A DNA stretch of 24,000 nucleotides from Candidatus Enterococcus murrayae (GCF_017315985.1 NZ_JAFLVR010000012.1:95972-119971); one strand, 5' to 3'; shown: positions 1 through 8,835, counted from the first letter of the stretch. The notes: generated from the letters alone by a model not told the origin. Made by a program: numbers and translations.

Positions 1-1
1 A

Positions 2-826
2 GATAAAGAAGACAAAGCTAGTGAAGAAACTAAAATGACTGTTGCCAAAAAATCTTATCCGACCACATCAAAATTTGAGATTGGCTACTGGGAGAACTTT
101 GGCCTAGTGTATGAAGGTAAGATCGAGAATGAAGGATGGGACCTATCAGATGCCGCACGTGTTACCAAGACAGCTAATCTAATTGATGCAGAAACGAAAC
201 AAGTTGCAGCCAAACTAGACGTGGCAAATACAGACTGGTATCAAGAAGGACGTTTCAATGGCTATCAAATCATTGCCAGCAATGATGTATTAGGAGCACT
301 AGATGAAGGAACATACACGATTCAAATGACTGTTGCCATTGATGGAGAAGTTGTTGAGGAAACAGAGCTAGATTTGACTCAAATGATCTCACGTATGGGA
401 CCAATCCATGACAATTATGCTGATTTAGAAAAAGTAGTTGTTAAGAGCAACACTGTTCAACCAAAGGTTATCGGCAATCGACCTGGAATTTCTATTACTA
501 AAAATTCAACTGACTCGATCAAGCTAGTGAACAAATACTGGAATAAAGAAAATCAACTAGTTTTTGAAGGCTATCTTGATAGCGAAACAGCTCGTTCTGG
601 CTCAAGTAAAAATTTAGTCGTTACTAACAAAGATGGCGAAGTCGTGTATGAAAAAGCAAGTTTGACATCTGCACCAAGTTCATGGGGGCTGCCAACAGGG
701 ATTTCAGATGAAGAATCCTTCCAAGCGATTATTCCAGAAGAATTTTCGGATCAAGCAGCGTTCACCTTTGCTTTGGTGGTAAATGATGACAATGGACAGG
801 AACTTTTTAACGGCACATTTGGCTAG
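2..826 (+). CDS. hypothetical protein, C-terminal part (frame is open to the window edge); contains two tandem ~100-aa repeats
   Basis: The frame of the 35..826 ORF has no stop back to nt 2, and there is no convincing SD before ATG 35, so the gene probably starts upstream of the window. Two internal repeats share Y-W-x4-L-V-[YF]-E-G (FEIGYWENFGLVYEG / LVNKYWNKENQLVFEG). The stop is 29 nt before the GT2 gene. I recognise no family. Confidence 0.5.
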   Translation, partial: DKEDKASEETKMTVAKKSYPTTSKFEIGYWENFGLVYEGKIENEGWDLSDAARVTKTANLIDAETKQVAAKLDVANTDWYQEGRFNGYQIIASNDVLGALDEGTYTIQMTVAIDGEVVEETELDLTQMISRMGPIHDNYADLEKVVVKSNTVQPKVIGNRPGISITKNSTDSIKLVNKYWNKENQLVFEGYLDSETARSGSSKNLVVTNKDGEVVYEKASLTSAPSSWGLPTGISDEESFQAIIPEEFSDQAAFTFALVVNDDNGQELFNGTFG

Positions 827-855
827 TCTCACAGAGTACGAAAGAAGGAAAAAGA

Positions 856-2160
856 ATGTTTACATTACCACCCATGCTGTTTATCATTGCGAAATGGATC
901 TGTTTCGTTTTAGTAGTGATTGTTTTTGCCAATTTAATTTACTTTACTTGTCTCTCTCTTTTTGGGTTAATTAAACCCAAAAGAGAGTACAAGCTTGTTG
1001 CAGATAAGAAAAAATTCGTTTTTGTTGTTCCTGCTCATAATGAAGAAGAGGTTATTGAAGCCACGATCGAAAGCTTATTGAACCAAAATTATCGTAAGGA
1101 TCTATATGATATTGTTGTTATTGCCGATAATTGCACGGATAATACGCTAGACATCATTCAAAGCTTTAATCAAGAAAACGTTGTTGCCTTTGAAAATACT
1201 TCGCTGCCGGATGAACCCAGAGGTAAACCCCATGCGATTGCCAAATATATTGCTACTGATCATTGGAAAAGCTACGATTATGTTGCCTTTATTGATGCCG
1301 ACAATATTGTAGAATCGAATTATTTGAGAGAAATGAATGCTCAGCTGATTGCACATCCAGAATTTACCGCTGTCCAAGGATATTTAGGGATGAAGAATGT
1401 CTCCACATCCATAACAGCCACAGGCTATGCAGCGGTCTATTTTATTACGAATCGAGCAGTTCAATATGCGAATTACCGTCTAGGTTGGAATGCGGCGATT
1501 GGAGGAACTGGCTTCGTGCTGGATACAGTCTATCTGGCAGAGCGAGGCTGGAATCCTAGAAGCTACACTGAAGACTTTGAGCTTCAGGTCGAGCTTTCGA
1601 TGGCAGGAAAGAAGAGTGGCTGGAACCATTTCGCAGTTGTGCATGATGAAAAACCGAACTCTTTTATTGCCAGTCATAATCAGCGCACGCGCTGGGCGCA
1701 AGGACATTGGTTTGTTGCTATTACTACTACAATGAAACAAATTACGACATTGTTTAAAGCAAAATCACTGCAGGAATTCCTTAGTAAAGTAGAAACATTA
1801 TTCTATTCCTATTCAATGGTCAGACCAATTGCTTATTTGTGTATTCTATTGCTAATGCTGATAGATCATCGACTAGCTAACTATCTTCCGCATACCTTTT
1901 CGTTACTTATGTTTTGGTTGTCCATCGAATGTTTGAACTTTTTTGTTATTCCAATAGTCTATTTTTCACAAGAAGCAGCCCCGTATTTCGATAAAAAGGA
2001 AGGGGTTATTGCTAAGCTATTATTTTATGTGCGCTTAACAATTGGTTTTGTCTGGAACTCTTTGACCTATATGATTGCCCAAGTGATCGGCTTTTTCACC
2101 TGGTTTAAACCGCAAAATAACTGGAAGAAAACTGTTCACAATGCTACTTTTGATAGATAG
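856..2160 (+). CDS. processive family-2 glycosyltransferase (PgaC/IcaA/cellulose-synthase-like exopolysaccharide synthase)
   Basis: SD GAAGGA upstream of the ATG. Hydrophobic N-terminus, then the GT2 motifs VVPAHNEEEVI, DNCTDNT, IDADN, TEDFEL and QRTRWAQG (the QxxRW processivity motif). Several C-terminal hydrophobic helices. Its 434 aa is similar to PgaC/IcaA. Confidence 0.85.
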   Translation: MFTLPPMLFIIAKWICFVLVVIVFANLIYFTCLSLFGLIKPKREYKLVADKKKFVFVVPAHNEEEVIEATIESLLNQNYRKDLYDIVVIADNCTDNTLDIIQSFNQENVVAFENTSLPDEPRGKPHAIAKYIATDHWKSYDYVAFIDADNIVESNYLREMNAQLIAHPEFTAVQGYLGMKNVSTSITATGYAAVYFITNRAVQYANYRLGWNAAIGGTGFVLDTVYLAERGWNPRSYTEDFELQVELSMAGKKSGWNHFAVVHDEKPNSFIASHNQRTRWAQGHWFVAITTTMKQITTLFKAKSLQEFLSKVETLFYSYSMVRPIAYLCILLLMLIDHRLANYLPHTFSLLMFWLSIECLNFFVIPIVYFSQEAAPYFDKKEGVIAKLLFYVRLTIGFVWNSLTYMIAQVIGFFTWFKPQNNWKKTVHNATFDR

Positions 2161-2173
2161 GAGCCTTTGATAA

Positions 2174-2260
2174 ATGAAAAATAAAAAATTAGTGAATGCT
2201 TTGTTTCTCTCAAGTATGATTGTTTTTTTGACGTTTTTCTTTCTGACAACAATAAATTAG
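2174..2260 (+). CDS. possible 28-aa single-pass membrane micro-protein (MKNKKLVNALFLSSMIVFLTFFFLTTIN)
   Basis: Not in the ORF track because it is under 60 aa. ATG lies 10 nt after GGAG and 13 nt after the GT2 stop. It has a basic N-terminus plus a roughly 18-residue hydrophobic stretch, and the terminator at 2286..2330 follows it. Confidence 0.3.
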   Translation: MKNKKLVNALFLSSMIVFLTFFFLTTIN

Positions 2261-2285
2261 AAATGAACTGTATAGGACTACAAAC

Positions 2286-2330
2286 AGGAATCTTCTCGCT
2301 TATAATAAGTGAGAAGATTCCTATTCTTTT
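2286..2330 (+). terminator. rho-independent terminator of the GT2 unit
   Basis: Stem aggaatcttctc (2286-2297) pairs with gagaagattcct (2311-2322). The loop contains further ctta/taag pairing and is followed by attcttttatt. Confidence 0.75.
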
Positions 2331-2367
2331 ATTAGCGGGAAAAGGAATAGTTTGTATGCCAATTTGG

Positions 2368-2397
2368 TTGCTAATTGATACAATCTTTTTGTATAGT
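2368..2397 (+). promoter_or_regulatory. candidate sigma-A promoter for the GNAT gene
   Basis: TTGCTA (2368-2373), an 18-nt spacer, then TATAGT (2392-2397), about 60 nt upstream of ATG 2459. Pattern match only. Confidence 0.3.
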
Positions 2398-2458
2398 TTA
2401 ATTAAACAGAAAATGTAAGCCCTTACTTTTTCGGTGAGAAATGGAGGAGTGATAAAAA

Positions 2459-3709
2459 ATGAGAGAAATTAGAGAGATAAAAATCGTTGAAATGGATCAA
2501 TATTGTGAGATAGCTTTTCATTCTTACCCTAGTTATAAGGACTTTTCTGATGAAGGGAAGAAAGATTTTATTCGTGAAATGCTTTTTATGAGAAAGCACG
2601 ATCCAGATATTCAATTTTGGGGGATGTTTGAGGGAAAGAAATTAATTGCTCAAATGCGGCTGCTGACCTTTAAAATGAATTTTCTGAATAAGACTATTCA
2701 AGTAGGCGGCTTAGGATCGTTAGCTGTTCATTTAATGTATAAAAGACAGGGGATTGCCCGCGAAATGATCGATTTTTGTGAAGAGTATTTCTTGGATCAA
2801 AAAATTCCTTTAGTTACTTTACTCCCTTTTTCGCCTCCTTTTTATTACAACAAAGGCTATGGCTATGGTACTAAAATGAATAGATATATTGTACCGACCA
2901 GTGTCTTGCCTAAATATGCAGGTGAAAATACGTGTGATTTTGCCACAAAGAAAGAGATATCTAAATTAAAAAAAGCGCATTCAGAAATGCTGCATCAAAC
3001 ACATGGAATGGCGGAAAAGATGGCTTATGAATGGGAGAATAATTTTGCGGATCCAGAAAATCTGTTTATTAAAAGTGTTGATCAACAAGGTGAGACGGAT
3101 GGGTACGCCATTTTCAAGTTCAAGAGTACCGATGCCGACAATTATACTAAAATTCAAATTTTAGTGAGGGAATTGGTTTATACAAACCGGGAAGTACTGT
3201 CTAAATTAATCGGCTTCTTTGCAAACCAAAGCGATCAAGCACAAACGATTGAGATAAAAACCTATGAAGAAGATTTTCACTATTTGTTCTCTAATCCCTT
3301 AAGCTGCTCAGAAAATGCTACGGAGTATGGCTATTTTGAAACAAATACGCAATATATCGGGAACATGTATAAAATAATTGACCTGCCTCTTATGCTGAAG
3401 CATGTAACGCACAGAAGATATAACAACCAGAGTGTTTGCTTCACATTGACACTACAAGAAGGTTCTAGTGAACAGGTGTATAACATCGTGATAAAAGAAG
3501 GCGATATAGAAATAAAACGAACGAAGGAACCTTTTGTTTTAAGTGTTGCGCTAACGCTGTCAGATTTCAGTTCAATTTTTGTTGGAGCGACGACATTTGG
3601 AAAAATTTACGCTGCGGGACGACTAGAGTGCTCTGATCCGAATAGAATAAAAAGCCTAGATGATGCCTTTTCTGTAGAACGAGGACCAGTTTGTTGGAGT
3701 GATTATTAA
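2459..3709 (+). CDS. Eis-like GNAT N-acetyltransferase (GNAT domains plus a C-terminal SCP2-like domain)
   Basis: Strong SD GGAGGAG. The 416-aa length and architecture are typical of the Eis family. Acetyl-CoA P-loop-like motif KRQGIAREMIDF follows beta-strand GLGSLAVH. Confidence 0.75.
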   Translation: MREIREIKIVEMDQYCEIAFHSYPSYKDFSDEGKKDFIREMLFMRKHDPDIQFWGMFEGKKLIAQMRLLTFKMNFLNKTIQVGGLGSLAVHLMYKRQGIAREMIDFCEEYFLDQKIPLVTLLPFSPPFYYNKGYGYGTKMNRYIVPTSVLPKYAGENTCDFATKKEISKLKKAHSEMLHQTHGMAEKMAYEWENNFADPENLFIKSVDQQGETDGYAIFKFKSTDADNYTKIQILVRELVYTNREVLSKLIGFFANQSDQAQTIEIKTYEEDFHYLFSNPLSCSENATEYGYFETNTQYIGNMYKIIDLPLMLKHVTHRRYNNQSVCFTLTLQEGSSEQVYNIVIKEGDIEIKRTKEPFVLSVALTLSDFSSIFVGATTFGKIYAAGRLECSDPNRIKSLDDAFSVERGPVCWSDY

Positions 3710-3957
3710 AAATTTTCAACCACCGAAAAAAGGTGAAGCCGTGAACAAAGAGAGGGTGAAAATTGTTCTTGATCGAGGTTCTAATTGTGTCAGAGGTCAC
3801 AGTTCAGTCTTTTGACAAATAGAAGTCATTTTTTTATTCTATAGCCAGTGGAGGAGCTCCCGCTAATTGAATAAAACGAAATTACCAGGTGTATGGATGT
3901 ACTGAAATAAAAAGCAGATAGCAGTTGAATATATGCAATCCATTAGGAGGTATTTTA

Positions 3958-4908
3958 ATGACAAAAAGAATCTCACTTGAACAAGCCGCAATAGAATTTA
4001 GTGAAGCAAATGCACCTCACCCGCGAATTTATGAGTTGCCACCCGAGGAAGGGCGTGCATTATTAGAAGAAGTTCAAGAATCACCAGTAGAAAAACAGCC
4101 CGTTACGACTGAAGACGAAACATTGAATACCGGCAAATGGGGCGAGATCAATGTCCGTTTCATTCGACCAGAAGGCACGACGGAAAAATTGCCGGTGATC
4201 TTTTATATACATGGTGCTGGTTGGGTATTCGGCAGCGCGAAAACTCATGATAAGCTAGTACGAGAACTCGCAGTACGAACAAATTCTGTTGTCGTATTTC
4301 CTGAATACAGCCGCTCTCCAGAAGCAAAATATCCAACAGCTATTGAGCAAAACTATGCGATATTGCAGCAGCTGCCAGAGCTTGCCAAACAGAAAAATTT
4401 TGATGTGGATCACTTAACAGTGGCAGGCGACTCGGTCGGTGGGAATATGTCTATCGTAATGACGATCCTGACAAAGCAGCGCGGCGGTATTCCAATCAAG
4501 CAGCAGGTTCTTTATTATCCAGTAACGGATGCGAATTTTGATACAGATTCCTACAATGAATTTCAAGAGGATTATTTCTTGACCAAAGAAGGGATGCAAT
4601 GGTTCTGGGATCAATACACGACAGATGAAAATCAGCGTAAGGAAATCACAGCCTCACCATTAAGGGCCTCTATCGAAGAGTTAAAAGGACTGCCAGCAGC
4701 TATGATTTTAAACGGCGAAGCTGATGTCCTACGCGATGAAGGCGAGGCCTATGCACGCAAGCTTCGTGAAGCAGGGGTTGAAGTCACTCAAGTTCGTTTC
4801 CAAGGGATGATCCATGATTTCGTCATGGTCAACTCACTCGATCAAACAAACGCTGCTCGTGCCGCGATGACCCTATCAACGGAGTGGATTAAGGAACGGA
4901 ATAAATAA
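3958..4908 (+). CDS. alpha/beta-hydrolase, hormone-sensitive-lipase (family IV) esterase/lipase
   Basis: I prefer ATG 3958 (SD AGGAGG 7 nt upstream) over the track start at 3925. Oxyanion motif HGAGW (HGGG variant), nucleophile elbow GDSVGGN, ADVLRDEGEAY (Asp) and MIHDF (His). Confidence 0.85.
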   Translation: MTKRISLEQAAIEFSEANAPHPRIYELPPEEGRALLEEVQESPVEKQPVTTEDETLNTGKWGEINVRFIRPEGTTEKLPVIFYIHGAGWVFGSAKTHDKLVRELAVRTNSVVVFPEYSRSPEAKYPTAIEQNYAILQQLPELAKQKNFDVDHLTVAGDSVGGNMSIVMTILTKQRGGIPIKQQVLYYPVTDANFDTDSYNEFQEDYFLTKEGMQWFWDQYTTDENQRKEITASPLRASIEELKGLPAAMILNGEADVLRDEGEAYARKLREAGVEVTQVRFQGMIHDFVMVNSLDQTNAARAAMTLSTEWIKERNK

Positions 4909-5090
4909 GTTTGAAATTAGATTTTTACTTGTAGAAGCCTTGCCAGTTCTAGAGCATCAAATAGTGAAGGCTTGTGTATGAAGCGAATTGATTGTTCAGT
5001 GCGATATTATGAAAAGTGAGGCTCTATTCAGTCTTAACTGGTGGAAGAAAAGTTCTCCTATAGCTGGACTGATGGGTGATAAATAAATTT

Positions 5091-5137
5091 AGGCAATACC
5101 AAGATACTTTGAGTGGTGTTTTGGTATTGCCTTTTTT
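5091..5137 (+). terminator. rho-independent terminator about 180 nt downstream of the esterase stop
   Basis: Stem aggcaataccaa (5091-5102) pairs with ttggtattgcct (5121-5132), followed by tttttt. Confidence 0.7.
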
Positions 5138-5298
5138 GCATTTGCGAAGATAAAAGGAATGGTTTGTATAAATAATAGCTCGATGATCCTGAACAGATGC
5201 TTTCTCTTTTTATAAATAGAACTGGCTGTGCTTTAAAAACTAAGTATTTAAAAGTTTTCAGTTTTTCTCTCAATATTAGGATGGTAGATAATTTTCTA

Positions 5299-5326
5299 TT
5301 GACAGAGCTCTCTCGAGTTGTATCCT
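5299..5326 (+). promoter_or_regulatory. candidate promoter of the PucR-type regulator gene
   Basis: TTGACA (5299-5304), a 16-nt spacer, then TATCCT (5321-5326). The -10 is weak. Pattern match only. Confidence 0.25.
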
Positions 5327-5336
5327 TATACAAAAG

Positions 5337-7031
5337 GTGGTGTTCCAATTGTTAGATAATCCAATGCAATATGTGTTCAATTATGAGTTTAGAGATGTTA
5401 CGGTTAAGGACTTGGTCAAGTCTAAAAAACTTGAAGCAAGTGAGGTATACGCAGATGAATTAAGCTTGGATAATATAATCAAAAGTGCAACTGTTATGGA
5501 TGTAGAAGATATTGTTCCTTGGTTGCATGAAGGAGATGTTGTTTTTATTAGTAGATTCATGAAAAATTGCTTTACTAATATTTTTATTCAGCGAATTCTA
5601 CTAAAAAAAGTATCGTGTGTTATAACACAAAAGAAGTTCAAAAAATATGTGACAGATGAGCAGTTTGAGTTATTGAAGAAGAACAATCTACCGATTATTT
5701 TTGTCTCAGATTCTTCATCTTGGAGTGATTTGATTGTTGCGATACAGAACTTGATTATTCAAAACCAGACCCATTATTTAGTTGAGAATCAAGAGTTTCA
5801 AAATTCCATTATAAATTATTTATCGAGTAGTAGTTCTCAAAATAGTTTATGTGATATTGTGCACAGTTTAACTGGAATAACTATCGCAATCACGAATCGT
5901 AATCTTCAGCTAGTGGATTACTCAAAAGATAATGATTGGGAATCGGACTTAGCTGGATTAACAAAAAAAGAGTTAGTCGAAAAAAAAGCAATCGGAGAAA
6001 ATTTTAATGAATTGCCAATATTCGGGTTTCACTATTCAAGAGAAAGCCAAGCAGAAACACCTGATTATTTTGTTATTCCTGATCGTTTATCAAGATATGG
6101 TGCATGTTTTTATATCATCGTTAAGCACAAAGAAGAGACTTTATATTTATCTCCTCAGATTATAGGTCGAATAGAAACAGTGGAGTCAATTTACTCATTG
6201 AAGCATAGTATTATCTCAGATTTGAGAAAGTCCAATTATTATTTTAAGACGGTAGTTTTTGAAGACTTATTAGAAATGGAAGAGAGAGATGAAAAGAAAC
6301 GCCATCATATCAGTTTGAATTTGAAACAAGACTTGAAAGAATATTATCACTTAATAATAATAAAAAATGCCAAAGACAATACGATTTGCAAAAATGTTGA
6401 TTTATTAACAGGCTTTATTGATTATATTAAGCACAAGGGGTTTGCCGATGATGAGCTTCTACTGTTTGTTTATAAAGAGCATTGGATCATTTTGATTGAT
6501 GATTCCATCCATTCTATTAAGAAGACCGGTGATACAATTTATGAGTTACTGGTTACATATTTTGAGAATGATGGATTTGTTATAGGAATCAGCAATCTAC
6601 ACCATTATTGGGAGTTAAAACAGGCGTTTAATGAAGCCTCATTTGCTGTTGATTATTTGGTCCATAATAGTAATTCCCAATCAACATTGCTATACAATGA
6701 GTTAGGAATAATTAAGCTTTTTACAGACCAGAATAGTCAAATCAATAGTGTTTATACTAATGAAATGTATCGAACTTTTTTGAAGCCTGTTTTAGAGTAT
6801 GATAAGGAGCAGCAAACGGCATTATATGAAACCTTGGTCACATTTTTTTCCAATGACTTGTCTTTCGTAAAGACGAGTGCAACTCTGTTTATCCATGTGA
6901 ATACCTTAAGGGCTCGAATAAAAACAATCGAAAAAATTTTGAATGTAGATACAAATCGAATTGATAGCCTAATGAATATACGGTTGGCAGTTCTATTGTA
7001 TCAGTTTGGGTATTTTGAAAAAATAGAATAG
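5337..7031 (+). CDS. PucR/CdaR-family transcriptional regulator
   Basis: The C-terminus carries the PucR-type HTH (SATLFIHVNTLRARIKTIEKILNVD), and the length of about 560 aa is typical of PucR-like regulators. The start is ambiguous: GTG 5337, TTG 5349 (6 nt after AAGGTGGTG) or ATG 5364. Visibly more AT-rich than its neighbours. Confidence 0.8.
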   Translation: MVFQLLDNPMQYVFNYEFRDVTVKDLVKSKKLEASEVYADELSLDNIIKSATVMDVEDIVPWLHEGDVVFISRFMKNCFTNIFIQRILLKKVSCVITQKKFKKYVTDEQFELLKKNNLPIIFVSDSSSWSDLIVAIQNLIIQNQTHYLVENQEFQNSIINYLSSSSSQNSLCDIVHSLTGITIAITNRNLQLVDYSKDNDWESDLAGLTKKELVEKKAIGENFNELPIFGFHYSRESQAETPDYFVIPDRLSRYGACFYIIVKHKEETLYLSPQIIGRIETVESIYSLKHSIISDLRKSNYYFKTVVFEDLLEMEERDEKKRHHISLNLKQDLKEYYHLIIIKNAKDNTICKNVDLLTGFIDYIKHKGFADDELLLFVYKEHWIILIDDSIHSIKKTGDTIYELLVTYFENDGFVIGISNLHHYWELKQAFNEASFAVDYLVHNSNSQSTLLYNELGIIKLFTDQNSQINSVYTNEMYRTFLKPVLEYDKEQQTALYETLVTFFSNDLSFVKTSATLFIHVNTLRARIKTIEKILNVDTNRIDSLMNIRLAVLLYQFGYFEKIE

Positions 7032-7041
7032 TCATTGAAAC

Positions 7042-7072
7042 AGGCCTTACATAAATTGTAAGGTCTTTTTTG
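7042..7072 (+). terminator. rho-independent terminator after the regulator gene
   Basis: Stem aggccttaca (7042-7051) pairs with tgtaaggtct (7057-7066, one G-U pair), followed by tttttg. Confidence 0.75.
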
Positions 7073-7311
7073 ATTTTTACTAGGCAAGTCTCCTTTGTTT
7101 GTTCATACAATTGTAAGCCTTTTCTTTTGTGTATTTAGCTAATTCATTTTTAGAGTAGATTCTTCTAAACTTAAATTGTTCATAATTATTGTTTTGTAGA
7201 ACATTTGATAAAACAGCTAGGAGTGCGCAACCAAAATTAGCTTCGAAAGGGAGTATGTATAGAAGTACTTGAAAATAAGTAAGAACATTATAGAAGGGAG
7301 TGTCTAGTAGT

Positions 7312-8835
7312 ATGGTTGACGATACAACAAAAAGTAAAAAGAAAATGAAGGGACTCAATTCCTTTGTTGTCATGTTTGTTGTAATGGTCTTTATAACGCT
7401 TTTAACATGGGTAATCCCAGGCGGGGAATACCAATTGGACAAAGCAGGCAACGCAATAGCAGGAACTTATTCTGCTTTGCCTTCAAATAAACAAGGGCTG
7501 TGGGATATTATTGTAGCCCCGATTATTGGAATGGTCGGTAATAGTGCAGTTAGTGGAGCAGTCGCCATTTCATTATACGTTATGCTTTTCGGAAGTTTTC
7601 TAGAAATGATGGATGAAACAGGAGTTATTGGGTTAGTTTTGAAGTCTGTTTCAAAGCGATTTGAAAAGCATCCTTATGTGCTTATTACCGTCTTAACATT
7701 CATTATGGCTTTTTTAGGAACAACCCAAGGTTCCTATGAAGAAGGATATGTTTACGTCTCATTGTTCCTTCCAATTTTTTTAGCACTTGGAATGGACTCT
7801 ATTACTGTATTAATGATTACCGTTTTTGGGACGCAAATTGGGTGTGCGTCTTCTGTGATAAACCCTTTCTCAACCGGGATAGCGTCAGATATTGCGGGAA
7901 TCTCATTTGGTAGTGGGATAATGGAAAGACTGTTGATTTTTTTCGTATTAACCGCTTTTGTTTCATTTATAATTTGCCTTTATGCGAAAAGTGTCAAAGC
8001 TCATCCAGAGCGTTCTATCCAATTTTTTAGGCGCGATGACGATTTACTTGAGTTTGGTGGAGGATCAGAAAATTCTGACAATGATCAGTCAATGAGTGGA
8101 AAGGAAAAGTCCTTAGTAGCGGTATTCATTAGCACCTTTGTCATCATGGTTTTAGCGTTATTTCCATGGACATCTATAAATGAGAATTTCACACTTTTTC
8201 AAGATATCGCAGAATGGATTAATACCACACCTATTATTAACACGATCATCGGCAGTGATGTCGTTGCATTTGGAGATTGGTACTTTGTAGAATTATGCGG
8301 CTTAATGCTCATTATGAGTATTATTTCAGGGAAGGTCGCTGGATTTTCAATTGATAAAATAATCAAGATTATTATGAAAGGTGCTGGAGCATTAATTTCA
8401 ACAGCATTGATGGTTCCTATGGCAAGAGGCATACAAGTATTAATGACGCAAGGAAATATTACGGCAACAATTTTGAATGCTACAGAAAAAAGCATCGGCT
8501 CATTACCATTAATCATTTTCGTCATTTTTGCCTTTGTCATTTATCTAGTGTTTGCTTGTTTTCTTCCTAGTTCAACTGGACTTGCTGGAGCGACTATAGC
8601 AGTCATGGTTCCGTTAGGGAGTTTTGTAGGCGTTGAGCCTTTCATTATGATCATTATTTATAATTTTGCTTTAGGGATAGCGAAGATGTTTACGCCAACC
8701 TCGATTATTGTTATGACCTGTACGCAATATGCAAAGATAGACTATTTGTCTTGGGTTAGAGGTGTTTGGAAACAATTAGCCATGATTTTTGCAGTTTGTT
8801 TAGCGATTGTTTTACTTCTAGTCATCGTTACCTAA
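7312..8835 (+). CDS. YfcC/ArcD-family (DcuC-like) permease, putative substrate/product antiporter of the deiminase operon
   Basis: Polytopic membrane protein of about 507 aa. It has a basic N-terminus (KSKKKMKG), then a TM helix, then WVIPGGEY, which matches what I recall of YfcC-type carriers. I prefer ATG 7312 (AAGGGAG 11 nt upstream) over GTG 7300. Confidence 0.75.
   Translation: MVDDTTKSKKKMKGLNSFVVMFVVMVFITLLTWVIPGGEYQLDKAGNAIAGTYSALPSNKQGLWDIIVAPIIGMVGNSAVSGAVAISLYVMLFGSFLEMMDETGVIGLVLKSVSKRFEKHPYVLITVLTFIMAFLGTTQGSYEEGYVYVSLFLPIFLALGMDSITVLMITVFGTQIGCASSVINPFSTGIASDIAGISFGSGIMERLLIFFVLTAFVSFIICLYAKSVKAHPERSIQFFRRDDDLLEFGGGSENSDNDQSMSGKEKSLVAVFISTFVIMVLALFPWTSINENFTLFQDIAEWINTTPIINTIIGSDVVAFGDWYFVELCGLMLIMSIISGKVAGFSIDKIIKIIMKGAGALISTALMVPMARGIQVLMTQGNITATILNATEKSIGSLPLIIFVIFAFVIYLVFACFLPSSTGLAGATIAVMVPLGSFVGVEPFIMIIIYNFALGIAKMFTPTSIIVMTCTQYAKIDYLSWVRGVWKQLAMIFAVCLAIVLLLVIVT

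Noticed and set aside
783-974. 63-aa + strand ORF bridging the end of the repeat protein and the start of the GT2 gene
   Set aside because: It lies in alternative frames of two well-supported genes, has no SD, and its sequence is explained by the overlapping GT2 N-terminus.
1147-1740. Three ORFs (76 aa -, 86 aa -, 81 aa +) inside the GT2 gene
   Set aside because: These are shadow or antisense frames of a gene with clear family motifs. They have no SDs and no recognisable motifs.
5009-5086. 25-codon ORF (MKSEALFSLNWWKKSSPIAGLMGDK) just upstream of the orphan terminator
   Set aside because: It has no SD and no hydrophobic or other recognisable character. I mention it only as context for the intergenic finding.
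5058-5348. 96-aa minus-strand ORF in the esterase/PucR intergenic region
   Set aside because: It runs through a terminator hairpin and the candidate PucR promoter, is low-complexity (S/L/K-rich), and has no SD.
7111-7125. cre-like (CcpA) site TTGTAAGCCTTTTCT upstream of the deiminase operon
   Set aside because: It fits WTGNAANCGNWNNCW except at the central CG, which is CC here. That is the most conserved position, so the match is too weak to call without scoring.
7225-7240. Possible PucR box (B. subtilis consensus recalled as WWWCNTTGGTTAA) on the minus strand at AACCAAAAT
   Set aside because: Only the TTGGTT core matches and the flanks do not. There is a single copy, and this regulator is a distant family member, so the B. 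subtilis consensus need not apply.
7080-7451. 123-aa minus-strand ORF overlapping the permease start
   Set aside because: It is antisense to the hydrophobic N-terminus of the permease, which mirrors as hydrophobic sequence, and it has no SD. It would also have to read through the control region of the deiminase operon.
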